64,000 nt of DNA from Escherichia coli (GCF_041248615.1 NZ_CP158426.1), one strand, 5' to 3'. Positions 51,646-64,000 are shown, counted from the first letter of the stretch. Notes: a model not told the origin generated them from the letters alone. Numbers and translations: made by a program.

Positions 51646-52368
51646 TTAAACGATGCGGCAGGCGTCGGCTTCCCAGCGGTAACCGACGCCGTAAACGGCA
51701 CGGATAAAGGACTGTTCGGCGTCGAGAGATTCCAGCTTGCGACGCAGGTTTTTAATGTGGCTGTCGATGGTGCGGTCGGTTACTACGCGGTAGTCGTCAT
51801 AAAGATGATTGAGCAATTGCTCGCGGGAGAACACTTTTCCTGGTTCATGAGAGAGCGTTTTCAGCAGACGAAATTCCGCAGGCGTCAGGTCAAGCATTTT
51901 ACCGCGCCATGAAGCCTGAAAACGACCTTCGTCGATAATCAACGGGCTTTCAGCATCCTGTTGCTGCAACTCACGCTGCGGTTTGCAACGGCGCAAAATG
52001 GTTTTGACGCGCGCTACCACTTCCCGTGGGCTGTACGGCTTGCAGATGTAGTCATCTGCACCAATCTCCAGCCCCAGCAGGCGGTCGATCTCTTCGATTT
52101 TTGCTGTCACCATCACGATCGGAATGTCAGAAAAACGACGAATTTCCCGGCACAGCGTCAGGCCATCGGTGCCAGGAAGCATAAGATCCAGCAGGATCAG
52201 ATCCGGTGGTGTCTGGCGCACATACGGCAGTACCTGATCGCCGTGGCTGATAAGCGTCGGCGCATAGCTCGCAGCACGCAGATAATCAATGAGCAACTGC
52301 CCCAGCTTCGGTTCATCTTCCACGATCAAAATACGCGGTGTGTTTTCGTCGATTGGTAACTCGGTCAT
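51646..52368 (-). CDS. baeR: Envelope-stress response regulator BaeR (OmpR family)
   Basis: 240 aa with receiver domain ([14 protein letters not shown]) and a winged-helix C-terminus. Confidence 0.96.
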
Positions 52369-53768
52369 ACTTCTCTCTGTAAATCCCGTTCCAGCGGTAA
52401 CTCTACTGTAATGCTTACCCCGCCAAAAGGCGAATGGGCGGCAATAATGCGGCCATTATGTGCTTCAACAATGTTCAGGCAAATCGCCAGCCCCAGCCCG
52501 GAACCGCCGCTGGCTCGGTTGCGGGAACCTTCGGTGCGATAAAAACGTTCAAACAATTTTTGTAGCTGATCGTCACTGACGCCCGGCGCGCTGTCGGCAA
52601 AGGTCAGTCGCACCGTTTTGTCGTGCTGCTCGGCAGAGATTTTCAGGCTACCGCCGCTGTCAGTGTAGCGCAGGCTGTTTTCCAGTAAGTTATTGAATAA
52701 CTGCATTAAACGGTCGCGATCGCCAAATACGGTAATACTGTCTGGCAGGGAAAATTGCAGTTTCAGGCCACGGCTGGCGAATCTTTCGCGAAATGCGCCG
52801 CCCGCCACTTCCAGCAGTGGGATCAAATCTACCGGTGCTTTTTGATAGGCGAGAGCGCCTTCATCAGACATCGACAACTGATGGAGATCGTCAACCAGTT
52901 TGGTCAGTGTACCGACCTCCGCCTGTAAAGACGCCACCGTCTCCGGCGTGAATTTACGCACGCCATCCTGAATGGCTTCCAGTTCACCGCGCAGCACCGC
53001 TAATGGCGTACGCAGTTCGTGAGAAATATCGGCCATAAAATCGCGCCGCATTTGCTGGTTTTTCTCCAGCGTGCTGGCAAGCTGGTTGAAGTCTTGCGCC
53101 AGTTTGCCCAGTTCATCTTCACTGGTGGGTGTCACGCGGGTAGTGAAATCGCCCGCCGCCAGTTTGTGCGTGCCGTCCACCAGCCGTTTGACCGGGGCCA
53201 ACAGACCACGCGCCAGCAGAAAGGTGGCGAGTGCCGCGAGTAACGTAGCCAGGGCGACAATCAGCCAGCTGGTTTGCCGCTGTTGTTTATCGAAATTGAT
53301 ATCAGTATTGCGGGTCAGTCGCTCAATAGGGGAGGCAATCACCGCACCCACTTCCGCACCGTTGACCAGAATGGGTCGCCGTGTACCGTCAGGTGGAATC
53401 GGCGCTCGCGGACCAACCAGCACTTTGTTGTTTTGATCGACCACCCAGAACTGAGTACGCCAGCCGTGCGGCGGCATACCCGGGCCGGGTTTATCTTCCG
53501 AATTATCGTGTTCAAATGAACGCAGGATCTGAAAGACAAAGCGATCGTTGTTGCGCAGGAAGCGCCAGTTACCATGCTGCGCATACTGCTCGCCAAGCGC
53601 ATCACTTAACAGCTGTAATCGCTGTTCATTGCCGTGTTTGATGTAATCAATAAAGCCACGCTCAAAACTGATACGCACCGCCCAGTGCATACTGATCAGC
53701 AAGACAATGCAGGTGGCGAAAATCGCCAGAAACAGTTTGCCGGTAATACCGGGTCGCCAGAACTTCAT
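52365..53768 (-). CDS. baeS: Sensor histidine kinase BaeS
   Basis: 467 aa, 2 TM, HAMP, H-box [10 protein letters not shown]-box GGSGLGLAI. 4-nt overlap with baeR. Confidence 0.96.
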
Positions 53769-55180
53769 TGCGCGCTCCTTTTTCGCCGCGAAATAGCTAC
53801 ATTTTGATGCGTATCGTTCGGCACTCTGGCAAAGATGAACGCCGGAAGGGCGATGATAAACGCCATGCTAAGCCAGGTGTACATAAAGACGGTTTGTGTG
53901 GTGCCGCTGTCGATGCTGACATGCTGCGAACCAAAAAGCCCCAGCAACAGCCCGGCGATGGTGACGCCGATACTCATCGACAATTGCATAATCATCGACA
54001 GCAGACTGTTGCCGCTGCTCGCCAGATTGTCCGGGAGATCTTTCAGCGTCAGGGTGTTCATGGAGGAGAAACGGGTCGAGTTGACCATCCCTTGTAAAAA
54101 CAGGACGAACGGCAAAACGTAGTACCAGCCCAGCAGAGCGGTAGTCATAAACAATAGGGTGACCAGCGACAGACCCAGCGTGGTCGCCACCAGCACCCGA
54201 CGGTAGCCAAAGCGATTCACTACCTGTACCACAATTCGCTTCATTCCCATGCTGCCGAGTACCATCGGGATCATCATCAGTCCGGCATGAAACGGCGAGA
54301 AACCGAGGCCAATTTGCAGGAAAACCGGTGTCATAAAGGGCAACATGCCACTGCCAATACGTCCGGCAAAGCTCCCCGCCAGGCCCAGCGAAAAGGTACG
54401 AGTGCGGAACAGTTTCAGACTGAACAGGGCGCGGTTGTTATTTCTGGCGTGCAGCAGATAAAGCACCAGTGCCACCACGCCAACTGCGACCAGGCCAGCA
54501 ATCGCCAGCGGCGATAAACCTGTACCTTTACTGCCGTCCAGCGCCAGGGTTAATACCGCCATGCCAATCGCCAGCAATAAAAAGCCGGAGAGATCGAAGC
54601 GCCGCGTCTGCATGGTGTAGTTCGGCATTAACATCAGTGTGGCGATCGCGCCGATAATTCCCACCGGAATGTTGATCAAAAAGATCCAGTGCCACGACGC
54701 GTACTCCACCAGCAGGCCGCCGAGCGCCGGACCGAGCAGCGGCCCGACCTGACCGGGTAACGTGACAAAGGTCATCGCCGCCATATATTGCTCGCGCGGT
54801 ACGATTTTCATCACCGTCAACCTGCCGACCGGCACCATCATCGCACCGCCAACGCCCTGTAACGCGCGTGCCAGCAACAGTTCGTTCAGCGTGCCGGAAA
54901 GCGCGCAAAACAGTGAACCGAGAGTAAACAGCACGATGGCGGTAAAGAAAATATTGCGCACGCCGACTTTGTCCGCCAGCCAGCCGCTGGCGGGCAGCAT
55001 CACCGCCACGGTCAGTACATAAGAGACAATGACCATGTGCATATGCAACGGACTTTCCCCGAGGCTTTGCGCCATTGAGGGAAGCGCGGTGTTGACGATG
55101 GTGGTGTCCAGCGACTGCATAAAGAAGCCGAAAGCCACAATCCACAATTGCCAGCGGGTGCTGTCGGGAAGATCTGTCAT
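53765..55180 (-). CDS. mdtD: MFS transporter MdtD
   Basis: 471 aa, 14-TM-type MFS. 4-nt overlap with baeS. Confidence 0.95.
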   Translation of the reverse strand: MTDLPDSTRWQLWIVAFGFFMQSLDTTIVNTALPSMAQSLGESPLHMHMVIVSYVLTVAVMLPASGWLADKVGVRNIFFTAIVLFTLGSLFCALSGTLNELLLARALQGVGGAMMVPVGRLTVMKIVPREQYMAAMTFVTLPGQVGPLLGPALGGLLVEYASWHWIFLINIPVGIIGAIATLMLMPNYTMQTRRFDLSGFLLLAIGMAVLTLALDGSKGTGLSPLAIAGLVAVGVVALVLYLLHARNNNRALFSLKLFRTRTFSLGLAGSFAGRIGSGMLPFMTPVFLQIGLGFSPFHAGLMMIPMVLGSMGMKRIVVQVVNRFGYRRVLVATTLGLSLVTLLFMTTALLGWYYVLPFVLFLQGMVNSTRFSSMNTLTLKDLPDNLASSGNSLLSMIMQLSMSIGVTIAGLLLGLFGSQHVSIDSGTTQTVFMYTWLSMAFIIALPAFIFARVPNDTHQNVAISRRKRSAQ

Positions 55181-58100
55181 TTACTCGGTTACCGTTTGTT
55201 TAGGTTTACGCGAAAAACGCAGCCGCAGACGGTCGAAAAAGAGATACACCACCGGCGTGGTATACAGCGTCAGAAGCTGGCTCATTACCAGACCGCCGAC
55301 AATGGTGATCCCCAGGGGTTGGCGCAGCTCCGAGCCGTCACCGCCCGACAACACCAGCGGCAGCGCGCCAAACAGCGCCGCCAGGGTAGTCATCATAATC
55401 GGGCGAAAACGCAGCAGACAGGCCTGGAAAATAGCTTCCTGCGGCGTCAGGTTACCGTGCCGTTGGGCTTCAAGCGCAAAATCGACCATCATGATGGCGT
55501 TTTTCTTTACGATGCCGATTAATAGCATGATCCCTATCAGGGCGATTAGGCTGAACGGGGCATTGAACAGCTCCAGCGCCAGCAGCGCTCCAACGCCCGC
55601 CGAGGGCAGAGTGGAGAGAATCGTCAGCGGATGTACGTAACTCTCGTAAAGGATACCCAGCACGATATACACCGTGGCGATGGCGGCGATAATCAGGATC
55701 ACCTGCGAGTTCATCGTCTCCTGGAACACCTGCGCCGTGCCGGCAAAACTACCGCGCACCGTCGAAGGCACACCAAGCTGGGTCATTGCGCGATCGATCG
55801 CCGCACTGGCGTCCGAGAGCGATTTCCCGGTCGGCAGGTTGAACGAGATGGTCGAGGCTGCCGATAATCCCTGATGATTCACCGATAGTGGGGCATTCGC
55901 CGGTTGCCATTTAGCGAAATACGACAGCGGGATCGCTTTTCCTTCGTTATTGATAACGAACATTTTTTCCAGCGCGCTGATGTCCTGGGTATAACGCGGA
56001 TCCACTTCCATCACCACTTTGTACTGGTTCATTGGCTGATAAATGGTCGAGATTTGCCGCTGACCGAAGGCGTTATTTAACAGGCTGTTGGCGGCCTGTA
56101 CGTCGATTCCCAGCCGTGCCATGGTGTCGCGATCGTAAACCAGATTCATCTCCGCGCCGTTATCCTGCTGATCGGAGTTCACGTCCGCCAGTTCCGGCAA
56201 CGTCGCCAGTTTTTTGCGGATTTTCGGCTCCCATTCGCGCAGTGCCGCCAGGTCGTCGGATAACAACGTGTACTGGTAGCTGGCGTTCGACTGACGCCCA
56301 CCAACGCGAATATCCTGTACCGCCATCAGGAACAGATTCGCCCCCGGTTCTTTCGCCAGTTTTACGCGCAGACGGTCGATAATTTGCTGCGCCGTTTCGC
56401 TGCGTTCGTCGCGTGGCTTGAGGGTGATAAACATCATCCCACTGTTCACCCGCGAACCGCCGGTAAAGCCGGTGACATTATCCACCGCCGGATCGTCACG
56501 GATAATTTTCATAAAATCCTGCAACTTACCGCGCATCGCCTGAAACGAAATACTCTGATCCGCCTGTATCCCGCCCATCAACACGCCGGTGTCCTGCTCC
56601 GGGAAGAAGGTTTTCGGGATCGAGATATATAGCCAGATATTCAGCGCAATGGTGCCAAGCAGCACCACGCCCACCAGACGGGTATGATTGAGCACCCATT
56701 TCAGCGACTTGCCATAGCCTTGTTGCAGGGCTACCAACATGCGACCAAAACCACGCAGTCGCTTTTGCTCGCGCGGCTTGCTGGCTTTCAGCATCCAGCC
56801 ACACATCATCGGCGTTAGCGTCAGGGAAACCAGCAACGAAATACCAATGGCGACAGAAAGCGTCACGGCAAACTCGCGTAACAGTCGGCCCGGCAATCCG
56901 CCCATCAACAGCAGCGGCAGGAACACCGCCACCAGTGACAGACTCATCGACAGCACCGTAAAACCGACTTCGCGAGTACCTTGCAGTGCGGCTTGCAACG
57001 GTTTCATTCCCGCTTCCAGATGACGTGCAATGTTTTCCAGCACCACGATGGCGTCATCCACCACGAAACCAGTAGCAATGGTGAGCGCCATTAACGAAAG
57101 ATTATTGAGACTGAAACCGCACAGGTACATCGCCGCAAACGTACCAATCAGCGAAACCGGCACCGCAACGGCGGGAATAATAGTGGCGCGACCCGAGCGC
57201 AGGAATAAAAAGACCACCAGAATGACCAGCGCCACCGAGATAATCAGCGTTTGCTCGACTTCCTCCAGCGAGGCGCGAATAGTGGGGGAGCGATCCTGGG
57301 CAATTTGCAGATCAATCGCCGCCGGAATGGTCTCCTGCAACTCCGGTAATTTTGCCCGGATGCTGTCAACCGTCTGGATTATATTGGCTTCCGGCAGCTT
57401 GCGGATCATCAGCAAAATAGCCGGTTTGGCGTTGGTCATCCCGGCGTTACGTACATCTTGTACAGAGTCGGTCACCGTCGCCACATCGCCCAGACGAACC
57501 GCGCCGCCGTTGTTGTAATGAATAATCAACGGCTGATATTCAGCGGCGGTTTTCAGTTCATCGTTAGTCTGGATCTGCCAGCGGTGAGTATCATCTTCCA
57601 GCGCCCCCTGCGGTTTACGCACGTTGGCATTGCTGATGGCGGTGCGCACATCGTCCAGCGACACGCCCTGATTAAACAGCGCCTGCGGATTCAGCCCGAC
57701 GCGTACGGCGGGCAGTGAGCTGCCGCCGACATCGACATCACCAACACCGTCGATTTGCGAAATCGTCGGAGCCAGCTGCGTCGAGGCGAAATCGTACAGT
57801 TCACCCTGCGAATAAGTATCGGATGTCAGCGTGAGGATCATTATTGGCGCATCCGACGGGTTCGCTTTGCGATAGGTCGGACGGCTTGGCATCCCGCTGG
57901 GCAGCAAACTTTGCGCGGCGTTGATCGCCGCTTGCACATCGCGCGCTGCGCCGTTGATATCGCGGTCAAAATCAAACTGCAAAATAATGCGCGTGCTGCC
58001 GAGCGAACTGCTGGAGGTCATTTCACTGACCCCGGCAATGCGCCCAAGTGAGCGCTCCAGCGGCGTGGCAACGGAAGACGCCATTGTTTCTGGTGACGCA

Positions 58101-58258
58101 CCGGGCAGCGAGGCGCTGACCATAATCACCGGAAAATCGACCTGCGGCAGCGGGGCGACCGGCAGCATACGGAAGCCCAGTATGCCGCACAGGGTAATGG
58201 CGACCGACAGTAAAATCGTCGCCACCGGGCGGTAAATGAAGAGGGCAAAAAACTTCAT
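55181..58258 (-). CDS. mdtC: RND efflux pump subunit MdtC
   Basis: 1025 aa, RND family. Confidence 0.97.
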   Translation of the reverse strand: MKFFALFIYRPVATILLSVAITLCGILGFRMLPVAPLPQVDFPVIMVSASLPGASPETMASSVATPLERSLGRIAGVSEMTSSSSLGSTRIILQFDFDRDINGAARDVQAAINAAQSLLPSGMPSRPTYRKANPSDAPIMILTLTSDTYSQGELYDFASTQLAPTISQIDGVGDVDVGGSSLPAVRVGLNPQALFNQGVSLDDVRTAISNANVRKPQGALEDDTHRWQIQTNDELKTAAEYQPLIIHYNNGGAVRLGDVATVTDSVQDVRNAGMTNAKPAILLMIRKLPEANIIQTVDSIRAKLPELQETIPAAIDLQIAQDRSPTIRASLEEVEQTLIISVALVILVVFLFLRSGRATIIPAVAVPVSLIGTFAAMYLCGFSLNNLSLMALTIATGFVVDDAIVVLENIARHLEAGMKPLQAALQGTREVGFTVLSMSLSLVAVFLPLLLMGGLPGRLLREFAVTLSVAIGISLLVSLTLTPMMCGWMLKASKPREQKRLRGFGRMLVALQQGYGKSLKWVLNHTRLVGVVLLGTIALNIWLYISIPKTFFPEQDTGVLMGGIQADQSISFQAMRGKLQDFMKIIRDDPAVDNVTGFTGGSRVNSGMMFITLKPRDERSETAQQIIDRLRVKLAKEPGANLFLMAVQDIRVGGRQSNASYQYTLLSDDLAALREWEPKIRKKLATLPELADVNSDQQDNGAEMNLVYDRDTMARLGIDVQAANSLLNNAFGQRQISTIYQPMNQYKVVMEVDPRYTQDISALEKMFVINNEGKAIPLSYFAKWQPANAPLSVNHQGLSAASTISFNLPTGKSLSDASAAIDRAMTQLGVPSTVRGSFAGTAQVFQETMNSQVILIIAAIATVYIVLGILYESYVHPLTILSTLPSAGVGALLALELFNAPFSLIALIGIMLLIGIVKKNAIMMVDFALEAQRHGNLTPQEAIFQACLLRFRPIMMTTLAALFGALPLVLSGGDGSELRQPLGITIVGGLVMSQLLTLYTTPVVYLFFDRLRLRFSRKPKQTVTE

Positions 58259-61200
58259 TTACGCCTCCTCTTCATGACGGGCAAAGCGGCTTTTGGTCCA
58301 CAATGCCAGGCGGTCGAATAGCAGATAAATCACTGGCGTGGTAAACAGCGTCAGCACCTGGCTGACAATCAGACCGCCGACCATGCCGATACCTAACGGA
58401 CGACGCAGTTCCGCGCCGACCCCGGTACTCAACATCAGCGGCAGCGCGCCAAGCAGAGCCGCCAGAGTGGTCATCAGGATCGGACGAAAACGCAACAGAC
58501 AAGCCTGGTAGATGGCATCGCGCGGCGACATGCCTTGCTCGCGCTCAGCAGCCAGCGCGAAGTCGATCATCATGATGGCGTTCTTCTTCACGATACCGAT
58601 CAGCAAAATAATGCCGATAATGGCAATCACATCCAGTTCGCTACCGGCAATCATTAACGCCAGCAGTGCGCCGACCCCTGCGGTGGGTAGCGTCGAGAGA
58701 ATGGTGATCGGGTGAATAAAGCTCTCGTACAGAATGCCGAGCACGATATACATCGCCACCACCGCCGCGACAATCAGCCAGACAGTGCTGCCCAACGCCG
58801 ACTGGAAGGCGAGGGTGCTGCCCTGGAACTGCGTGGTGATATCCACCGGCAGATTCAGCGTCTTTTCGGTGTCCATAATCGCCTGCACCGCATCGCCCAG
58901 CGAATAGTTATCCGGCACGTTAAAGGAGATGGTCGTTACCGGGAACTGATCCAGATGGTTGATGGAAAGCGGCGCAAAACGCTGCTCAATTTTGGCAATT
59001 GAGCTTAACGGCACCACTCCACCGTCGCTGCTGGTCAGGCGAATGGTATCCAGCGCCGCGAGGCCTGGGGTATTTTCGGTGTTGTGTTCCAGCACCACGC
59101 GATACTGGTTAGCCTGAGTATAAATAGTGGAAATCAGCCGCTGACCAAACGCGTTGTACAGGGCGTTATCGACATCCGCCATGCTGATCCCCAGACGGCT
59201 GGCGCTGTCGCGATCAACATTGACATACGCCACCAGCCCTTTGTCCTGCCAGTCGCTGGAGACATCAGATAGCTGTGGCAGCTGCTGGAGTTTTTCCATC
59301 AACTGTGGCACCCAGGTACTGAGCGCATCCAGTGACGTGGCCTGCAAGGTAAACTGGTACTGGGTGCGGCTGACCTGAGTATCGATGGTCAGGTCCTGCG
59401 TTGGTTGCAGGAAGAGATCGACGCCCGGCACTTTATCCACCGCCGTTTGCAGACGGGCGATGACTTTTTGCACCCGATCATCACGTTCATCCAACGGTTT
59501 GAGGTTGATCTGCAAACGCGCACTGTTCAGCGACGGGTTAGTGCCATCAACGCCAACAAACGAGGTCAGGCTTTGCACTGCCGGATCCTGCAAAATCACA
59601 TCCGCGACCTGGCGTTGCCGCTGGGCCATATTGGCAAAGGAGCTGGATTGCGGTGCCTGCAAAGTGCCCTGAATAATGCCGTTGTCCTGTACCGGGAAGA
59701 AACCTTTCGGAATGAACACCCACAACAGCACGCTAAGCAGCAGCGTGCTGAGCGCCACGCTTAAGGTCAGCCACGGATGATTCAGCACTTTCGCCAGTCC
59801 ACGACCATAGGCGGTGATTATCCTGTCGAACATTTTCTCCAAGGCTCGGGAGAAGCGGTTCTGTTTACGCAGCGACTCCTGGCTGAGCATCCGCGCGCAC
59901 ATCATCGGTGTCAGGGTCAGCGACACCACTGCTGAGATCAAAATCGCGACGGCCAGAGTAATAGCAAATTCGCGGAACAGTCGCCCGACGATATCGCCCA
60001 TAAACAGCAGTGGGATCAACACCGCAATCAGTGAGAAGGTCAGCGAGATAATGGTAAAGCCGATTTCACCTGCGCCTTTGAGCGCCGCCGCCAGCGGTTT
60101 TTCGCCTTTTTCGATATAGCGCGAAATGTTCTCGATCACCACGATGGCGTCATCGACCACGAATCCGGTGGCGATAGTTAACGCCATCAGCGTCAGGTTA
60201 TTGATCGAAAAATCGAGAAACACCATAACCGCGAAAGTGCCGATTAACGACAGCGGTACAGCAACACCGGGAATGATGGTCGCCGGAATATTGCGCAAAA
60301 ACAGGTAGATAATCATGACTACCAGCGCGATAGCCATCATCAATTCAAACTGGGTATCGTTGACCGATGCGCGGATGTTGGTGGTGCGGTCAGAAAGCAC
60401 TGTCACCTTCACCGATTTCGGCAAACTCTCGGTGAGCTGTGGCAGCATCTGCCGGATGCTGTCGGCGGTGGAGATAATGTTAGCACCGGGCTGGCGCTGA
60501 ACATTCATCACAATGGCCTGTTCTTTGTTCGCCCACGCGCCGAGCCAGCTGTTTTCTGCTCCTTGCTCTACGGTTGCGACATCGCCCAGACGAATCGGCG
60601 CGCCGTTCTGGTAGGCAATAATTAGCTGGCGATACTCTTCGGCGGATTGCATCTGGTCGTTCGCGGAAAGGGTGACCGCGCGGGAAGGGCCGTCGAGGCT
60701 ACCTTTTGCCGAGTTAACGTTAGCGCCGGTAATAGCGGTGCGCACGGTTTCGCTGGTCAGGCCGAGGGCGGCAATCGCCTGAGCGTTAAGTTTGACACGA
60801 ACAGCCGGACGCTGGCCGCTGGAAAGCGTCACCAGGCCGACACCGGAAATCTGCGAGATTTTCTGCGCGACGCGGGTTTCCACCATATCTTCCACTTGCG
60901 TCATTGGCATGGCGGTTGAGGTGACGGCGAGCGTCATGATTGGTGGATCTGCCGGGTTCACTTTGCTGTAAACCGGCGGGTTAGGCAGATCGCTCGGCAA
61001 CAAGTTGGTCGCAGCGTTAATCGCGGCCTGCACTTCCTGCTCGGCGACATCCAGCGGTAATGTTAGCTGGAACTGCAAAGTGATAACTGACGCACCGCCG
61101 GAACTTTGCGACGACATCTGTTTCAGGCCAGACATCTGCCCAAACTGGCGTTCAAGCGGCGCGGTAACGGCAGAGGTCATGACATCCGGGCTCGCACCTG

Positions 61201-61381
61201 GGTAGAGCGTGACTACCTGAATGGTCGGATAGTCCACTTCCGGCAGCGCCGAAACGGGCAGGGCTCGATAACCGATAATCCCGGCGAGTAAGATCGCCAC
61301 CATCAGCAGCGTGGTGGCGACAGGACGCATAATAAACAGGCGCGACGGGCCGCCTGTGCTGCTCGGGGGTAACACCTGCAT
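58259..61381 (-). CDS. mdtB: RND efflux pump subunit MdtB
   Basis: 1040 aa, RND family. Its ATG shares one base with the mdtA TGA (TGATG). Confidence 0.97.
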   Translation of the reverse strand: MQVLPPSSTGGPSRLFIMRPVATTLLMVAILLAGIIGYRALPVSALPEVDYPTIQVVTLYPGASPDVMTSAVTAPLERQFGQMSGLKQMSSQSSGGASVITLQFQLTLPLDVAEQEVQAAINAATNLLPSDLPNPPVYSKVNPADPPIMTLAVTSTAMPMTQVEDMVETRVAQKISQISGVGLVTLSSGQRPAVRVKLNAQAIAALGLTSETVRTAITGANVNSAKGSLDGPSRAVTLSANDQMQSAEEYRQLIIAYQNGAPIRLGDVATVEQGAENSWLGAWANKEQAIVMNVQRQPGANIISTADSIRQMLPQLTESLPKSVKVTVLSDRTTNIRASVNDTQFELMMAIALVVMIIYLFLRNIPATIIPGVAVPLSLIGTFAVMVFLDFSINNLTLMALTIATGFVVDDAIVVIENISRYIEKGEKPLAAALKGAGEIGFTIISLTFSLIAVLIPLLFMGDIVGRLFREFAITLAVAILISAVVSLTLTPMMCARMLSQESLRKQNRFSRALEKMFDRIITAYGRGLAKVLNHPWLTLSVALSTLLLSVLLWVFIPKGFFPVQDNGIIQGTLQAPQSSSFANMAQRQRQVADVILQDPAVQSLTSFVGVDGTNPSLNSARLQINLKPLDERDDRVQKVIARLQTAVDKVPGVDLFLQPTQDLTIDTQVSRTQYQFTLQATSLDALSTWVPQLMEKLQQLPQLSDVSSDWQDKGLVAYVNVDRDSASRLGISMADVDNALYNAFGQRLISTIYTQANQYRVVLEHNTENTPGLAALDTIRLTSSDGGVVPLSSIAKIEQRFAPLSINHLDQFPVTTISFNVPDNYSLGDAVQAIMDTEKTLNLPVDITTQFQGSTLAFQSALGSTVWLIVAAVVAMYIVLGILYESFIHPITILSTLPTAGVGALLALMIAGSELDVIAIIGIILLIGIVKKNAIMMIDFALAAEREQGMSPRDAIYQACLLRFRPILMTTLAALLGALPLMLSTGVGAELRRPLGIGMVGGLIVSQVLTLFTTPVIYLLFDRLALWTKSRFARHEEEA

Positions 61382-62628
61382 CAGGAGCGTGCTCCTTTTT
61401 TCGCGTATTCGCGGCTGGTGGCTTTCTCTTCCGGAGTGGTGGCGCTCTGGGCTTCCACTACTTCCACTTTCGCCCCTTCGGTCAGGCGATCAATGCCGTC
61501 TGTCACTACGCGGTCGCCCGCAGAAATACCTGCGCGGATCACCACTTTCTGACTGTCCTGAATGCCCGGCGTCACCAGATGTTTGCTGACCTTGTTTTCG
61601 CTATTCAGCACCCAGACAAAATGGCCTTCGTTGCCCATTTGCAGAGCGGCGGTGGGGATCACTACGGCGTTTTGTTCGGTGTCGACTAACATACGCGCGT
61701 TAACAAACTGATTGGGAAACAGCGCATCATCCTGATTATTAAAGCGTGCTTTCACTTTAATCGTACCGGTAGTGGCATCGATTTGGTTATCGAGACTTAA
61801 CAGCGTGCCTTCACTTAATTTCTTCGAGTTGGTGCGATCCCAGGCTTCAACAACCAGCGGTTTTCCGGCTTTTTGCGCCTGTACTACGGTAGCGATATCG
61901 CTTTCCGGCAGGGTAAAGAGCAAATCGATAGGATGCGTCTGGGTGATCACCACAATCCCGGTGGTATCACCACTGGAGATTTGGTTACCAACATCAACCT
62001 GCTTGAGACCAACGCGACCATCGATTGGTGCGGTGATGCGGCTCCAGTCGAGCTGCAGCTGCGCGCTGGCGACGCTTGCTTCATCAGCCTTAATGGTGCC
62101 TTCGGTTTCACTGACCAGCGCCTGTTGGGCATCCAGCTCCTGGCGGGAGACAAGATTGGTTTTTGCCAGTTGTTGATAACGCGCCAGGTCACGGCGGGCG
62201 TTGGCAAGCGTGGCTTTATCTTTTGCCAGTTGGCCCTGGGCTTGTGCTAATGCAACTTTGAACTGGCTTGGGTCAATTTCTGCCAGTAAATCGCCTGCTT
62301 TGACCTGCTGGCCTTCCTGGAAATGTAACGCCATCAGTTGACCGTCCACGCGGCTGCGCACCGTAACGGTATTAGCGGCGGTAATGGTGCCAAGCCCGGT
62401 GAGATAACGTGGCACAGCTTGTTCTACGGCAGTCGCCGCCTGAACCGGGGCTAATGGGCCGGCACGCATACCACGGCGACCACCCGCTGGCGATTGCTGC
62501 GCTTGTTTCGTCGCCCCTGGGGCTGCACTCTGGGAGTCATTGCGGCCTTGCCAGAACCAGAATGCGGCGATGGCGGCGATAACCAACACGATTACGATTA
62601 CCCAACGGGATTTATAACTGCCTTTCAT
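61381..62628 (-). CDS. mdtA: Membrane fusion protein MdtA
   Basis: ORF 61381..62775, start taken at [25 protein letters not shown] (ATG 62628, 415 aa). Confidence 0.93.
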   Translation of the reverse strand: MKGSYKSRWVIVIVLVIAAIAAFWFWQGRNDSQSAAPGATKQAQQSPAGGRRGMRAGPLAPVQAATAVEQAVPRYLTGLGTITAANTVTVRSRVDGQLMALHFQEGQQVKAGDLLAEIDPSQFKVALAQAQGQLAKDKATLANARRDLARYQQLAKTNLVSRQELDAQQALVSETEGTIKADEASVASAQLQLDWSRITAPIDGRVGLKQVDVGNQISSGDTTGIVVITQTHPIDLLFTLPESDIATVVQAQKAGKPLVVEAWDRTNSKKLSEGTLLSLDNQIDATTGTIKVKARFNNQDDALFPNQFVNARMLVDTEQNAVVIPTAALQMGNEGHFVWVLNSENKVSKHLVTPGIQDSQKVVIRAGISAGDRVVTDGIDRLTEGAKVEVVEAQSATTPEEKATSREYAKKGARS

Positions 62629-62679
62629 CGTTAAGAGTTTCTCTTCCTGAAACGTTTCACGGAATGATACTAGTGTAGC

Positions 62680-62699
62680 CAGCCAATAAGGGAGAAAAA
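62680..62699 (-). promoter_or_regulatory. Probable BaeR box upstream of mdtA
   Basis: The complement reads TTTTTCTCCCTTATTGGCTG. It resembles the published BaeR consensus as I remember it (TTTTTCTCCATDATTGAAAG), 16 of 20 positions. Confidence 0.4.
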
Positions 62700-62859
62700 T
62701 GGAGGAATTATGAAACACTGTCGGGAATCGTCTGAATGACGGGCACATTTGCGAGCACGCATCCAGTAATAACACATGAAACTATTTTATCTGCAAGTTA
62801 GCGATAGACTGCTTGCATGGCGAAAGGAGGTAAGCCGCCGTTTTCAGCGGGACGCTGAA

Positions 62860-62999
62860 ACGGGAAAGCCCCTCCCGAGGAAGGGGCCTTAAATAAGGAA
62901 AGGGTCATGATGAAGCTACTCATCATCGTGGTGCTCTTAGTGATTAGCTACCCAGCATACTAAGACTACCAGGGCGGGGGAAACCCCGCTCTACCCTCA
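62860..62999 (-). ncRNA. sibB: Sib antitoxin sRNA, unit 1 (ends approximate)
   Basis: Minus-strand promoter TTGACA (63034-29), 17 nt, TACTTT (63011-06). Terminator GCCCCUUCCUCGGGAGGGGC plus a U-rich tail. Fully antisense to ibs. Confidence 0.65.
62907..62963 (+). CDS. ibsB: Type I toxin Ibs (18 aa, MMKLLIIVVLLVISYPAY)
   Basis: ATGATG start with AAGGAAAGGG upstream and a TAA stop. Matches the IbsB sequence as I remember it. Confidence 0.8.
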   Translation: MMKLLIIVVLLVISYPAY

Positions 63000-63187
63000 C
63001 TCCTGAAAGTATGCCTTCACGATAAGATTGTCAATCTGCAGGCTTTGCAGTCTGCGATCCTGCCAGCAAATATTCTTTGCGAGACGTTACGCAATAATCA
63101 CACTGGAAACTATTTTATCCGCAAGTCAGCGATAGACTGCATACAGGGCGAAAGGAGGTAAGCCGACGATTTCAGCGGGACGCTGAA

Positions 63188-63327
63188 ACGGGAAAGCCCC
63201 TCCCGAGGAAGGGGCCTTAAATAAGGAAAGGGTCATGATGAAGATACTCATCATCGTGGTGCTCTTAGTGATTAGCTACCCAGCATACTAAGACTACCAG
63301 GGCGGGGGAAACCCCGCTCTACCCTCA
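63188..63327 (-). ncRNA. Sib antitoxin sRNA, unit 2 (ends approximate)
   Basis: Same promoter and terminator elements as unit 1, shifted by 328 bp. Confidence 0.6.
63235..63291 (+). CDS. ibsB: Type I toxin Ibs (18 aa, MMKILIIVVLLVISYPAY)
   Basis: Second repeat unit. Differs from unit 1 by a single L4I change. Confidence 0.78.
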   Translation: MMKILIIVVLLVISYPAY

Positions 63328-63515
63328 CTCCTGAAAGTATGCCTTCACGATAAGATTGTCAATCCGCAGGCTTTGCAGTCTGCGATCCTGCCAGCAAATA
63401 TTCTTTGCGAGTCGTTACGCAATAATCACAGAGGAAACTATTTTGGTCACGCGTTAGCGATAGACTGCATTCAGGGCGAAAGGAGGTAAGCCGACGATTT
63501 CAGCGGGACGCTGAA

Positions 63516-63662
63516 ACGGGAAACCCTCTCCCGGAGAAGAGGGCTTTTAATAAGGAAAGGGTTATGATGAAGCACGTCATCATACTGGAGATACTCTTAG
63601 TGATTAGCTTCCAGGCTTACTAAGAACACCAGGGGGAGGGAGAAACCTCTCCCTAACCCTCA
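63516..63662 (-). ncRNA. sibA: Sib antitoxin sRNA, unit 3 (ends approximate)
   Basis: Promoter TTGACA (63697-92), 17 nt, TAATTT (63674-69). Terminator CCCUCUUCUCCGGGAGAGGG plus a U-rich tail. Confidence 0.6.
63564..63623 (+). CDS. ibsA: Type I toxin IbsA-like (19 aa, MMKHVIILEILLVISFQAY)
   Basis: Third repeat unit. Carries a Glu codon GAG at 63588-90 within the hydrophobic core. Confidence 0.7.
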   Translation: MMKHVIILEILLVISFQAY

Positions 63663-63843
63663 CTCCTGAAATTATGTCACTCCGCCCTTAGTGTCAATCG
63701 ACGGCTCTCCGTTCTTGCGAGGCGAATAGCAAAATTTTCTGCGCCGCCGGGCCTAATTCTGAAAGTTTCTTCGTTTGCTCTTATTTCATTATTGCAATCG
63801 GTATGATACCGGGCCTCAATAATTCTCTAAGAAAGGATTTCTT

Positions 63844-64000
63844 ATGAGCGAACAAATCACGTTTGCCACCAGCGATTTTGCCAGTAACCCGGAACCACGT
63901 TGCCCCTGCATTTTGCTGCTGGATGTTTCTGGTTCTATGAACGGTAGACCTATTAATGAACTTAACGCCGGATTGGTTACCTTTCGCGATGAGCTGCTTG
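63844..64000 (+). CDS. yegL: VWA-domain protein YegL (5' part; runs off window)
   Basis: [41 protein letters not shown], with the MIDAS motif DVSGS. Confidence 0.85.

Larger units (their letters stand above)
62770..63705. repeat. Three tandem ~328-bp ibs/sib (QUAD-type) repeat units
   Basis: ibs start codons at 62907, 63235 and 63564 (spacing 328 and 329 bp). Flanks are near-identical in units 1 and 2 and diverged in unit 3. Confidence 0.9.

Noticed and set aside
54528-55640. 205-aa minus-strand ORF (54528-55145) and 203-aa plus-strand ORF (55029-55640) over mdtD/mdtC
   Set aside because: These are alternative-frame or antisense shadows of the well-supported mdtD and mdtC genes. Their Arg/Gly/Ala-rich composition is typical of off-frame translation of GC-rich membrane-protein genes.
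62770-63705. Possible CRISPR array (regular repeats)
   Set aside because: The period is about 328 bp, not 60-70 bp. Whole units are repeated, including small ORFs and promoters. There are no cas genes. These are ibs/sib repeats.

Overview
Escherichia coli chromosomal segment, in reverse orientation relative to my memory of the K-12 map. Gene order: yehM'-yehL-yehK-yehI-molR(yehH)-metG / mrp-yehE-yehDCBA / rcnB-rcnA / rcnR, then a 12.6-kb insertion, then thiMD-yegX-yegW / yegVUT / fbaB-gatYZABCD-gatR / yegS / yegR / cyaR-yegQ-yegP-baeRS-mdtDCBA / ibs-sib repeats / yegL'. Most of the window is ordinary core genome, and gene calls there rest on ORF length, recognisable protein motifs and synteny recalled from K-12. 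No searches were run.

Accessory content:
(1) A visibly AT-rich integrative island at about 20.5-33.3 kb. It is bounded by perfect 80-bp direct repeats that are the thi-box/TPP aptamer of the thiM leader. It carries a tyrosine integrase, a two-gene HamA/HamB (Hachiman-type) nuclease-helicase defence operon, and a serine recombinase with a res-like site. It also carries a membrane plus periplasmic protein operon, a 1-kb ORF-free GATC/iteron-like region, an SF2-helicase-like AT-hook protein, and an IS2 with CATAT target duplication that splits a 74-codon ORF.
(2) A candidate tisB/istR-style type I toxin-antitoxin locus in the yehL-yehK spacer, which I do not recall being annotated. It has a 29-aa hydrophobic ORF, a sequestered SD, back-to-back consensus promoters, and a roughly 83-nt divergent sRNA whose 5' end is complementary to the mRNA leader.
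(3) Three tandem ibs/sib type I TA units, where I recall two in K-12.

No rRNA, tRNA or CRISPR arrays were seen.
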